64,000 bases of DNA from the human T2T-CHM13v2.0 reference genome, Homo sapiens, in assembly GCA_009914755.4 (NCBI GenBank), contig CP068257.2:27456001-27520000 (forward strand), written 5' to 3'. Below, one piece after another: positions 45,795 to 59,872 of the stretch. Position 1 is the first letter of the stretch, and each line of letters opens with the position of its first letter. The translations under genes were made by a program, and so were the position numbers. The notes under the pieces are model-generated. The model saw nothing but the letters and a program-made list of their open reading frames with translations. It did not search any database and was not told the DNA's origin.

Positions 45795-47128
45795 TCAGGG
45801 CCCTAGGCTTGAAGTCTGAACTTTCTCTATTTTCGATGCTGCTTCTCTAAAAGGAAAAATGAAAGCCCTTTCTGTTTTTATACATTTCATAAATGCAAGA
45901 TTTCAAGGAATAGTCAGTGCTTTTCATGGCATCTTGAGTGGCTAGCTCTCAAGACACACGCGTGCAAACCCAAAATCCAGAGGGAAGGAAAATGTATAAT
46001 TTCCTTTCTTTTTTACTCATGCTGCATGTGAGCAGAACAAGTCCTGTTACAATCAACAGCCTCACAAAGAAAATTTCAGTATATAAAGCTTATTTATCTC
46101 AGGCAGTATTAATTTTGGACCAAATAAATGTACTGTTCCCCTGTCAACATTTTAACAGGAACTTAATTTATGTACAGAAAAGAGCCATGGAGAGGTGAAT
46201 CTCCATCTTTGGTTTGCCTGAATAACCTCTTTCTTGAAATACAGGATGTACAACTTGCAATTAATTTGTCACCATTCTTTGAACTCTCTTGGCCCTTGAC
46301 TAGGAGCTCACAGATGTTTTTCATCCATCAGTTTAGACTGGTTTGTTCCAGTGTCTTTCTCTTCTCTTTCAAATGACTCCAGAATGCCCACTTTCAAAAT
46401 CCATGGTTTTTAATAGGTAGCCTCAAAAAAGGATTATAATTTATTTTAAATTATTCCTACCCTCTAGCCCCACCAAAAGATGCTTATGAAAAAACTCCCC
46501 AAATTAAGTATTTTAATCTTATGGTCAGTGTGTCCTCATATCTCTAGAAAGGGCACCTACCTGGAGAACCTAGGGCAGGAGCTGAGGTTCAGTGTTTCTC
46601 AACCTTGCCTGATTAAAATCATCACCTGAGAACACTCATTGAAAACACGTGTTCTAAGGCCCCACTCCTATATATTCTGATTCAGGAGACCCATTATTGT
46701 TGTAAGAAGAAAAAGAAAACCTCCTCCTATGTTTTATGCATATCACAAATGCAAGATTTCAAAGAATAGTCAGGGCCCAGGACTCTCTATTTTTGCATAT
46801 ACATGAGGCTGAGTGCACAAAAAGATGCTTTGCAGATATTTGGGACACTCCCTTTAAATTCTTGAATAAGGAACATGTGGAGTGTCACACAGGAAAACAC
46901 TTGCCATCAAGCGAGCTGTGCATGCCTTTTGAATTCCAGTGCATGTGGCCTGCAGACCACACATTTAGGGGGAAACAAAGGAAAACCCCCTAGACTTTCA
47001 TAGTAAATGAGGGCACTAAGGTGGACTTTTTGGGAGTAATTCTACATTGTTGGATTTATTGTTGATGAATAAGCAGAGTCCATGAGAAAAGGAAACATCT
47101 TTGCTTGTGAATGTTGACATGTTCATTT

Positions 47129-47439
47129 TTTTCTTTTCTTTTTTATTTTATTTTTATTTTTGAGACAGAGTCTCTCTCTGTCACCCAGGCTGGCATGCAG
47201 TGGTGCAATATTGGCTCACCGCGACCTCCGCCTCCCTGAGGTGATTCTTCTGCCTGAGCCTCCTGAGTAGCTGGGACTGCAGGCACCCGCCACCAGGCCT
47301 GGCTAATTTTTGTATTTTTAGTAGAGATGGGGTTTCACCTTGTTGGCCAGGCTGGTCTCGAACTCCTGACCTCAAGCAATCGGCCCGCCTCAGCCTCCCA
47401 AAGTGCTGGGATTACAGGCGTGAGCCACCACACCTGGCC
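47129..47439 (-). mobile_element. Alu SINE, antisense, with a 13-bp TSD
   Basis: T-rich tail, then GAGACAGAGTCTCTCTCTGTCACCCAGGCTGGCATGCAGTGGTGCAATATTGGCTCACCGCGACCTCCGCC...GGGATTACAGGCGTGAGCCACCACACCTGGCC. GACATGTTCATTT is present at both 47116-47128 and 47441-47453. Confidence 0.92.
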
Positions 47440-49318
47440 CGACATGTTCATTTCTGATAAGCCTAGCCTAGTGCTCATTTCATCCAGTCATTTCAGGACT
47501 ATATATTCCTGAGATGATTTAGTGTAGAGGTTAAGGATATGGCTTTACAGCCAGAGAGGCATGATTTCTAGACCTACCTCCAACACTATTTGTATGATCA
47601 TTCCACCTTGCTGAAATTCAGTTTCCTGTAAGATGCGTATAGTAGTAATTCACAGGGTTGTAATAAGAAGCCAATGACATCTTATAGGTAAAGTATTTAG
47701 CAGAGTGCTTGATACAAATTAAGCATTCAACTTACCCCTGAAATTATGATAATTGATTGTGGAGTATAAGGGAAATGTAAACCACTAAGCAGTTGTGTCT
47801 CACCTACATCTCACCTTGATGTCAAGGTAGATTTTATAGCATTACTGACCTGCAGTTATTTAGGGACTAGTTATGCAGTTAATAGATTGTTCATATCCTA
47901 TTTTACCTCTGGGCAATTAGCTGAATTTATTTGGTTTCGGTGTTTCCAGCAGTCTGCCAAAGGTGGGTGGGATGTGCAAAAGAGAACAGCATGACCTCCT
48001 ATGGGCTTTGTAAGGCAAGATGTTTGGAGAAAAGTCTGTGTCACCCAGAGCAGTTAGTAATTGCTTCTTGGAAGAGGTGATAGTCAAACTGGGCTTGAGG
48101 GCAGGTAGAGTATAGAGGAGCAGTACAGGACAGATGCCATTCCTGGGTACTAGATACAAAAAAGGGGCTACATATCTTGTAACCAGTTTTCTTTCTTTTC
48201 CCTCTAAACAGAAAGCAGGAGCAAAACTTAAGAGTCAGGAAGAACATGGTGTGTTCAGAAAAGACTAAAACTAGTCATTTGGAGCAAGACTAAGACTAGT
48301 CCACTGAGCTGTGGAAGAGTAACGTGTTGTCTACCGAGCCCTGCTTGAGTCAGCCATTGTTTTGGATACTTACATAGGGTACTGTTTAGATAGCAATAGA
48401 CTAGGGTTACCAAGTCAATCTTCAAAGTTCAGCAAGGGGTCTGGACTTGATCAAAAGCGATGAAGTGTCAAAAGTCCTTAGAAAAGGGAATAATATGATG
48501 AAAGTGGTAAAAATTTGGCGGAATAGTCTGGAATGTGGAGAGATGAGAGAATGGAAGAGGCATTTTATAATGGTACAAAGTGATGAGAGCCTGCATTAGA
48601 TAATGTAATGGGATGACTTAATTCAGGGTCCATTTTGAAAGAAGGGTTGAAAGGACTTGGTGACAGACTGGCCCTGGTAGATGAGGAGTTGGTCATTTTT
48701 CAGTGATAGCAGAATGAGCTGTAAGACTTTGAATAGAACATGGACCTCCAGAGGTCCTTAAATAAAGGAAACAAGGTTTTGGAGAACACAAATATATATA
48801 TATTCCTTGACAATGCAATCTCCATTTTCAGCCTATCATCAGAGTGCTTTTTAAAGTAAACTTAGCTAATGGTAATTCCCAGAGGCAGTGATGCCTGTCT
48901 TTAATGAGCTAATGATATTAATGATAATCAGTATTATTTCTAAACTGGAAATTTCAAAGAGTCGAAACTTCCTAAACTGGAAACTTCATGGAGTTAATTT
49001 TCTTAATAGAAAAAGTGCAGAAGAAAAATATGAATCCCACCTCTTGGGTTATTCAAGAATCACTGGCCCTTCTCCAGCTAGAGGGAATTTAGAGTTGGAC
49101 AGACATTAGGATTTCATGTCAATTATATGAGACTTTTCTTCATCTTCAGCTAAGCTAAAAACTGGCATGCTCCTTGTAAATTTAGACCTTGGCTTTGGAA
49201 TTCTTTCTGTCTTTTGCATTTTTTAGAATAGTTTTTTGTTTCGCTTAGAAAGAGTCAAGAATACTAGTATCAGCTCAAGCTGGTAGCTTTTAATATTTTG
49301 TTTTTAAAAATTCTTTCT

Positions 49319-49590
49319 GGCCAGGCACGGTGGCTCATACCTATAATCCCAGCACTCTGGGAAGCTGAGCCAGGAGGATCACTTGAGGCCAGGCAAGACC
49401 AGCCTGGGCAACATAATGAGACCTATCTCTATAAAAAAAATCAAAAAATAAGCCAGGTGTGGTGGTGCATGTCTGCAGTCCCAATTCCTGGGGCACTTGC
49501 TTGAGTCCAGAGGATCAAGGCTGCAGTGAGCCATGATTACACCACTGCACTCCAGCCTGGGTGACAGAGCAAAACCCTATCTCAAAAAAG
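49319..49590 (+). mobile_element. Alu SINE (AluJ-like), sense, with a 10-bp TSD
   Basis: GGCCAGGCACGGTGGCTCATACCTATAATCCCAGCACTCTGGGAAGCTGAGCCAGGAGGATCACTTGAGGCCAGGCAAGACCAGCCTGGGCAACATAATGAG...GACAGAGCAAAACCCTATCTCAAAAAAG. AAATTCTTTC is present on both flanks. Confidence 0.9.
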
Positions 49591-50177
49591 AAATTCTTTC
49601 AAGCTGTTAGAAATTTTTTATATCTGGATATGAATTAATCGTATGACACTTAGTTTTTGTGTTTTTTTTGGTACTCCGGAACCCATACCATTGGTGTCAC
49701 TTTTAAATAATACAATTTTCTCCTCAAATATCAGGATGTTTTGTGTGGTAGGGAGAATTACATGGAGTAGTTGCAATAGCTACCTTTGAATCCAATGCAA
49801 CAAGTTGGGTGTTATGTGAGATCTTTTTGTGTGTACTTCTAAAACTGGCTCTCAGCAAAATTGTGGTGCAGGTGAAGTGTCTTCTTATTTATCATTATTT
49901 TTTAAGGCTAGTCAAGTGAAGCACTGGGAGAAGAGAAGGAACAAAGAAATCTGTAGCTGGTTGTGATTAAGTAGTTGTAAACACCATTATACTCGGACCA
50001 GCCACAAAGTGTCTTTTGTCACTGTCCTCTTCCTTCAACCTTTTCTACCTTCAGTATTATTCCCCTTGTCCTCCTCAGGATCCGAAGTAATCTTCGGATC
50101 TAGTAATCTCTTCTCTCCACACTTTTAATCATTGTTCTCTGGAATAACTGCAAAACCTCATCTGCACTAAGCTATAA

Positions 50178-50502
<325 letters not shown>

Positions 50503-51403
50503 CCCATCTCTGGCTTTTTTTTTTTTTTTTTTTTTTTTGGCATATTCACAGGGAACTCTGTAGGAAGTCAAGGGATAAAGTTCCCACTGGGATTTTAGAA
50601 ACCAGGAACCAGGTATTTGCAGGAAACTGAGGCTCAGATAGTCATTATGAACTCTCTCGAATCACCTTCTGTCCCAACATGAGCTTACATTTAAAGCCGC
50701 CTCAGCATGCAGTGACAACATTCAGTCACAAGTGCCTTAAGGGCATGGTGGAAGGTGGGTGTCTCCTGTATTTACATTTCTGATGGAGCACAGAGTTGAG
50801 AACTATAGTAGAAACTGAATTATCAAATACTTATAAAATCAGTAATACACTATCTGTAACAACTTGGGGTTCATTATCCTGGTGTCAGATGAAGAGTCTG
50901 AGATACTATGGGATTTATTGGTTGGAATGTATTACTTAAAGTTGTGAAGAAAGGCCAGAAAGAAGGTGAGTGTTCATTGAGTACTAAGGAGTAGTGCTTT
51001 TACTGGCATCTTCTCATCAATTTAATATTGGCTGCAACCCCACAGGAAGGTGCTATTCCATTCATTTTCACAAAAATGGAAATAAATGTTTGCTAAGTGA
51101 GGCGAAGTGACTTGCTTCAAATCATGCAACTAATACATAGAAGGAGGGTTCAAAGCCCGGTCCTCAGGACTGTTACTTCATTGCCCATTTAGAGGCAGAG
51201 TTCATGTTATGAGAGAAAGCTCAAAGCTTCTTGACAACAAATAGCTTCCCGACAACAAATAGCTTCCCAAAGGCCATGGGGTTGATGGAGGAAGGTTACT
51301 TCTGGTATGTTGTGGTAGGAAAGAAGAAAAGAAGGGGTAAATTTTATTTGGTGGTGTGCTGAAGGATAAATATACTTCCAATAGGCTCTTGTTTGCTCAT
51401 TTA

Positions 51404-51693
<290 letters not shown>

Positions 51694-51850
51694 CCAATAA
51701 GTTCTTCTTGAGGCAGGTGTTTTTTGGACAGTGAGTATGTTATAACCTAAGTCAGTCAAAATATTCTAACAACAGGATAAATAGACACTCACAAAATGAT
51801 AGCTACAATAATAGTGAATAGGTGTTTCCAAGAAACATAAAATTTGTCCT

Positions 51851-52222
<372 letters not shown>

Positions 52223-52688
52223 TTAGCCTGACAATTTTAGGTACTGGTTAAGATAACATCATGTTTATTAATTTACAAAGTATTGAAAACCTGCTTTGTC
52301 ATCCCAAATCTCTATCTTTATCCATATCTGTGTTAATATCCACATCCATCTCTATAGCTATACTTGTAATCTTATGGGCCCTGAAAATCCAATGTATATT
52401 AAATAATTCACATCTCTAGTGTTTAATAAGCAGGAAGCAAAGTTTTAAAAAGCTTTTGTTGTGTCTTAAAACTATGTTATACTCTAACAAGGACTTGGGT
52501 ATCTAGCAATTAATTTTTTTTGATATATTGGGAATGTGCATTGGCTACTTTTTATCACATATTTTATTCCTAAAAATAAAATATTAATTTAAATTTAGAT
52601 TTAAAATGACAGTACTCAAAGACCTTTTATGCGTAAGTTAATTTTTTTTTTTTTTACTATCTTTCATATAAAAAGTGTTTGGAAGTAA

Positions 52689-52982
<294 letters not shown>

Positions 52983-53404
52983 CAGAAGATTCTTAAATTC
53001 AGATTTAAATGAAGAGAGTAAATCCACAAGACCTGAGGTTATGGCTGCATCAGGGAAATCTCCCTTAAGTGGCAGAGGCAGAACTCAGTAATTAGAGTCA
53101 TTGACCTTAACCCTGTGTTTTGCCTTTGTATTATTCAGATGATGAAGAATAATTCCCCACCTCAGAAGTTTAGCTTGATAGAATAGACATGGGTTAGAGG
53201 AAAAAGTGCCACTACTCACATATATACACACACAGCTCCCCTGTCTCCACATTACTCCTTTGGTTGGCTTTATAGTGAAAAAGAATGAAAAATGAACTTA
53301 ATTATATTAAGCATTCATTGTTATTACTGGTTATTTCCTAGGTGCTGGGCTTTAGGCCAGTGATTGACATATACATTGCTTTATCAATACAAATTTTCAG
53401 AGAC

Positions 53405-53545
53405 AGGTAATACCCTTCCCATTTTGCAGAGGAGGAAACTGAGTCTCAAGAAGATTATGCCAGTTGTTCACATTCACCAATTAAAAAGTGGCCAACCCGA
53501 GATTCAAATGCAAGTCTGTGTCCTACTGAACGTTGTACTGACCCG
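53405..53545 (-). mobile_element. MIR SINE, antisense
   Basis: CCCTTCCCATTTTGCAGAGGAGGAAACTGAGTCTCAAGAAGATTATGCCAGTTGTTCACATTCACCAATTAAAAAGTGGCCAACCCGAGATTCAAATGCAAGTCTGTGTCCTACTGAAC. This matches the MIR reverse complement (TTTACAGATGAGGAAACTGAGGCACAGAG...GGATTCGAACCCAGG). Confidence 0.65.
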
Positions 53546-53828
53546 CTGTGTTCTTAGTGGTTAGGAGCCTTCATAGGCAAACAGTTCCTAGGAAAGTTTC
53601 TGTATGAGCCTCAACACTTAAGCCACTACTCAGATTCACTTGCCTTGTAAGTGTCAGTTTGTCCCTGGTGACCTGCAGGACAATTTACAGGACACCAGCA
53701 CTCAGAGGTCATACTGCAGGTAGAATCAACTTCATAATTTGCAGGACATGGTGCAAAATGAAAATGCAGGGTTCCTCATTCAAAAATTTTTAAGAAATTC
53801 AAGACACTATAGCAGAGCATTAAATTAA

Positions 53829-54344
<516 letters not shown>

Positions 54345-54773
54345 CAACCTAAACACTTTTTAACAAGGATTTAGGGCGTCTCAACTTACATCCCAGTTAT
54401 GTCTACGATGGGGAGCACAGTGGGAGGGGGAGATGATTGATTGTAAAACCCAGTGAAGATGCTGTTTAGAACAGTGGTTCTCAAAACCTGGTCTGGCTTT
54501 GATGAAGTTTTCACCCCTCTGATATAAAGAAAGAAAGAAGGGTACGACAGTGAGGTGTTTTGGGTATATGCTTATTTTTATCTGTAAAGCTAAATGTATG
54601 TAATATAATGGCCACTCCTTTACTCTATGATTGCCTTATGATTTTGGTGTTGAAATGTTCTCTCTGTCCTAAAGGGATACTAATGATATCCGGTGGTCAT
54701 TTTTGAATCATCTTCACTAGCTAAATAAAAAGTTGGATGCTCTTAAGACATAATTCCCCATATTTTAGGGAAT

Positions 54774-55086
54774 TTTTTTTTTTTTTTGAGACGGAGTCTA
54801 GCTCTGTTGCCCAGGCTGGAGTGCAAGCAGGGGCTTGATCTTGGCTCACTGCAACCTCCAGTTCTCACTGCAGCCTCCTGGGTTCAAGCGATTCTTCTGT
54901 CTCAGCCTCCCGAGTAGCAGGGACAACAGGCATGTGCCACCAAGCCAGGCTGATTTTTGTATTTTTAGTGGAGACAGGTTTTCACCATGTTGGCCAGGCT
55001 GGTCTCGAACTCCTGACCTCAAGTGATCCTCCTGCCTGGGCCTCCCAAAGTGCTAGGATTACAAGTATGAGTCACTGTGCCCAGCC
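54774..55086 (-). mobile_element. Alu SINE, antisense, with a small internal duplication and a ~13-bp TSD
   Basis: T14 GAGACGGAGTCTAGCTCTGTTGCCCAGGCTGGAGTGCAAGCAGGGGCTTGATCTTGGCTCACTGCAACCTCCAGTTCTCACTGCAGCCTCC...GCTAGGATTACAAGTATGAGTCACTGTGCCCAGCC. The flanks are ATATTTTAGGGAA and ATATTTTGGGGAA. Confidence 0.9.
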
Positions 55087-57776
55087 AGAATATTTTGGGG
55101 AAAATTTTACTGGTTCATGTAATACGAGTCTGAGAACCTATGGACTAGTAAGTGAAGAAGAGCGGAGTGGTATGGTGGAAAGAGCCCAGGGCTGGGGGAC
55201 ACCCCTTAGTCTTACATGGCCACGAATCGTGGAGTCTTGGGTGGCTTCTTTCCCTTTTTGGGGTCCTTGTCTTTAGCTCTACTCTGAGGGGGCTGGACCA
55301 GATGGTTGCCTAGTCCTTTCCAGCTTCAATATTCTCTGTTAACTGATTGCTAGCTATCATTGCTAAATAACAGGGAGGATTTGGATTACAGACCCAATGT
55401 GTCCTATTTATTCAAGTTATGGAGAAATACAGAGAAGACAATTGAAGGGAATCTACAAACAAAATAATCCTGAAACCAACCCAACAGCTGCTCAATAGAT
55501 GTTGAAAAGAGCCCATCATCAAATGTACTATGGTACATCATAATGGTTGGGCTGTCAGTAAGAAAGTTCTAGCTTAAGGACGTTGGCTTAGTCACATTGT
55601 ATTTGCCAAACAGGCAGTGAACATCTGTTTATATAAAAAATTTTCCTCTTCTTTCCTTTATATTTCATCCTTTAAAAAATTTCTTAGGATACATTTTGCT
55701 TGGTCTAGTAAGTCTACAGTGCCATTTTGAAGAAGAAGCCTTCAAATTACTTCCTTAATGCATTAAAAATATGATAAAGTGATTTGCCAATTTGCGTAAG
55801 TCTGAGTCCCTGTCTTGCACAATAAATAATTGGTAAATAGATTTTAATAAAAATGTACTTGTGCTGTGATTTTGTCCCATTATAAACATATCAAGCAACT
55901 ATTTTTTTTTTCAAAAAAGCTAAATTTGCTAGAGGGTCTCTTGTACAGCTACTGTACAGTCTACTTTATGCTTCTGGAATTGTCAAAACAAACTTAACTG
56001 CTGTCAGGAACTCCGATCCGGTATCACTGTCAAAATGTTTTACAACGATTCAGCCAAATGTTTTTGGAACAGCTGTGCTACTAGTCAGCCTGAGTCATTT
56101 TCCTTCTTTCCTTTTGGCCCAATCCAGTGATTCATCATCCTGCTTTTAGAATATTTGCCTATTTTTAAAACCAGTCAAAGAAGGCAGCCACTGTTTAAAA
56201 GTAAACACACCACACATCAACTTGGGGCAGCTTTGTAAGCAGCTTCGCAAGCCCTGAAACTTCTGGCTGGTAGGGATGCCAGCTAAACCAGATGGCATCA
56301 AACAGTGAAATACAGGCCTGGCTTTCAGACTTGGTAGGCTTCATACATCTGTCTTTGGTTTTCTTGTTTCCGCTGCTATTTCCTGCTTGGGTTAATCCAA
56401 CTTGATCCATTCTTTAACAAAGGTCTTACTTTTTATTTTGCTTGACTCTCTAAAACATCTATTGTATGTTGATTTCTACGTTAATCAATTAGACTTTTAT
56501 TTCAACTCAAGGAGTCCAATTTGAAGCTACTTTATCTGTAAGTTTATCAGTATGGTCACATATGTGTGAGGTGACATGGCGTGACTATAAATAAGGACGT
56601 CGATTTCCACAACGGGCCTCATTAAGTCTGTTGATACCAGGTGTTTGCTATTTACATTACTGTAGTAAAGTAAATGGATAACTTTTTTTTTTTTAATAAT
56701 TAAGCAGGAAGGAGTGTGACTTCACAGGGGGCAAGGTGGATTAAGTCTCAGGAAGCCTTAAGATTCATTCCTGGCTGTCTTCTAGAATTCTAGAATGTCT
56801 CAGCTGCTCTCATACTTTACAGAGTGGTTTCTCCTTCCAACAAGTGCCTGCTTGTCTATGATTATTAGGGTTGGGATGCACAAGTACAGTGTGTTCCCAT
56901 TTACCTTTGCCAAATCATTCTGGCCTTGGACCCAATGAGCTAAAATGGTCGTGATGTCTAGGTTATTAAACTTGTACTGCAGTGAATGTAAACGCACTTA
57001 AGAACAAAATCAGTTTCACAAAGCATAGGTTTTATAATGAAGCCTACCTCTAAAGGTTCAGTGGTGACAAGTGTATTATTTTTGCCTTTTGTCCAATTCT
57101 TTGCAAACATTGGGGTGGATTTAACAAGGCACAGTAATTGGCAGAATTTGTCACTTCTGGTCTAAGTAGAGCATTCAAAGGGCCTTGGGACTGAATCTCA
57201 GTTCCTCTGAAGACTGTCCTCTAACCTGCAGCAAGGGGCTTGGGAAATTTCTCAGTTTTTACTTGTTCTGTGAGCTAAAGTTAAGTGATATCACTGAATC
57301 TGAGGACACCCATTGTCTAGCATAGGAGCAGATACAAAACAGATTCAAATTTGGTGATGCATTGTCATTATTTTAAACTACTTTTAAATGGAAGTATTGT
57401 TATACTACTCTTGACTAAAATATACCAGAGACTATTAAGTGATATGACCCTTGAGGGGTTTGGTCAAAGTGAATACCATGCTTGTTTAAATTATCTTTTT
57501 GGTGATTATCTTCGATGCTTTCAATGCCTTAGATGCCAGAAATGCCTTGTGTACTGCATTTTATTCTGGACTGTACTATCAGCACATTGGGAGAGGATAC
57601 TTGTTTCCACATTGTATGTGGCCCATGTCACTTCCTCTAGTTCAAAAAGAACACCAACAAGTTTTTATCAAGAAATTTGGTGATGACTATGAAAACATAA
57701 AAACTGTTATCTTTTCTTGCTTTATTATAATTTAAAATAGCTTTGGTTTTTAAATTATTTTTTCACCTTATATTTT

Positions 57777-58930
57777 GCATACATACTGTATATGCATAGT
57801 ATGTGTACTGTATATGCATATGTGTACTGTAAATGTATATATGTATAGGTACTATATATGTATATGTACTGTATATGTATGTGTACTATATGTATAAGTG
57901 TACTGCATATGTAGTATATGCACTGTATCTGTACTGTATACATATATGCACTGTATATGTATCTGCACTGTGTATGTGTACTGTATGTATGTACTGTATA
58001 TGCATATGTACTGTACTGCATATATATGTATACAGTATATGTATATGTACTGCATATGTATCTGTATTGTATCTGTATGTGTACTGTACATATCTTATTG
58101 TATCTGTACTGTATACATGTGTACTGTATATGCATCTGTACTGTATCTCTATTATATATGTATATGTGTACTGTATCTGTATTGTATATGTATGTGTACT
58201 GTGTATGTATCTGTACTGTATGTATATGTGTACTGTATATGTATCTGTACTATACCTGTACTGTATGTGTGTACTGTATATGTATCTGTACTGTCTCTAT
58301 TGTATATGTATGTGTATGTGTACTGTATGTGTATTTGTATTGTATATGTATGTGTACTGTGTATGTATGTATCTGTGCTGTATCTATATGTGTACTGTAT
58401 ATATCTAACTGTATCTGTACTGTATATGTGTACTGTATAAACCTAACTGTATCTGTACTGTATATATGTGTACTGTATATCTGTACTGTATCTCTATTAT
58501 ATGTATGTGTATGTGTACTGTATCTGTATTGTATATGTATGTGTACTGTGTATGTATCTGTACTGTATCTCTATTATATATTATATATGTTTGTGTATGT
58601 GCATGTGTACTGTATGTGTATTGCATATGTATATGTACTGTATATGTATCTGTACTATACCTGTACTGTATGTATATGTGTACTGTATATGTATCTGTGC
58701 TATATCTCTATTATATATGTATGTGTAGGTATACTGTATGTGTGTCTGTATTTTATATGTATGTACTGTATATGTATCTGTACTGTACCTGTACTGTATG
58801 TATATGTGTACTGTATATATACCTGTACTGTATCTCTATTATATATGTATGTGTAGGTATACTGTATGTGTACTGTATATGTATCTGTACTGTACCTTTA
58901 CTGTACATATATGTGTACTGTGTATGTACT
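57777..58930. repeat. Complex ~1.15-kb minisatellite (GT/AT-rich, TGTACTGTATNTGTA-type 15-18-bp units, with higher-order units of roughly 130-140 bp visible toward the 3' end)
   Basis: Continuous variants of GTATATGTACTGTATCTGTACTGTATGTGTACTGT. The sub-block CTGTATCTCTATTATATATGTATGTGTA recurs at ~58148, 58492, 58568, 58706 and 58836. No unique spacers are present. Confidence 0.92.
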
Positions 58931-59707
58931 AGGGTAGGGATTGGAAATGAGTGGCCAATGGACCTTAGAGCCAGAGAGTACCTGGAGATAATGGAAGTTC
59001 TGCTTTCTAGCACCAAGGCTCGGTCAGCACTATGTTCTTGAAGAGATTGGGGGTGACTTGGATATTTTGACCCATATTTTGGTCAGGTTTCCTCAAATGC
59101 TTCTTAGAACTGCATCTTGCCATCCAGCAACAGCTGCCTATTGCCAACCAGTCAACGTAAGCATGAGTTAGGAGGTCTTTCGGGACTCTCTGGGCTCTGG
59201 CGCTCCCCAACAAAGCTGTGAATTCTGCTGCAGGGTAGGAGTGCTGCCTGGTGTATTGGAAAGAAACGCCCCATTTGGGTTGCTGCCTGCTTCTCACTGT
59301 AACCCAGAATGAGTTTCTGGTTAACTGCCTGTTAGTGTGGTTTGTGGTAGGAGCAGACAGCAATACCATCACAGCTTGTGGCACTTGGAGTCATTCAGAG
59401 CAGAACGAATGCTTCTACTTTTCACTAACATGTTCTCCTGTCCCATTAAAGTCCTTCTGGCCACCTCATTAGCACCTTGTTAAAGCATTTTGTTTCATAT
59501 CATATTTTTTGGTTTTGGCCAATGTAAGAGTATTGAAAGACAAGCAGTCCTTCTTAATTGGAGAGCTGCCAGCCTGGACATTTGAGGATTCTGATATTTG
59601 CTTGCAAAATTTTGTTCAGGCGACCTAAGCTCTCCACGCATCTGTGTGTACAGAAAATGAGCAAAATTGTCCTTTACATTCTGTCTGTCCCCAACTGAAG
59701 TGATGAA

Positions 59708-59872
59708 ATGACTGAAACAGTGTATACTGATGGTCTAACTCTGGGGGAGTCCAAGGACTCCTACAAGAAAGAGCTCCATAGTGAAGAATCATTTTATTTC
59801 CTTGTTTTAGATGATACACCCCCTGAAGACTCCATTCCTTTGGTCTTTCCAGAATTAGACCAGCAGCTACAG
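59708..59872 (+). CDS. Candidate coding exon with an in-frame ATG (55 codons, then a GTAAGG donor). Product unknown
   Basis: ATG at 59708 in a G-at-minus-3 context (GAAATGA). The ORF reads MTETVYTDGLTLGESKDSYKKELHSEESFYFLVLDDTPPEDSIPLVFPELDQQLQ and ends exactly at CAG|GTAAGG (GT at 59873-74). A possible acceptor, TCTGTCCCCAACTGAAG|TG, lies at 59700/59701. The exon sits in the only long Alu-free stretch of the window. Confidence 0.3.

Noticed and set aside
57755-59041. Long ORFs (up to 312 aa, 191 aa, 180 aa) on both strands through 57.8-59.0 kb
   Set aside because: They lie entirely within the tandem minisatellite. The 'proteins' are periodic Cys/Tyr/Val/Ile strings (MYCICICTV...) produced by stop-free repeat frames. 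They are not genes.
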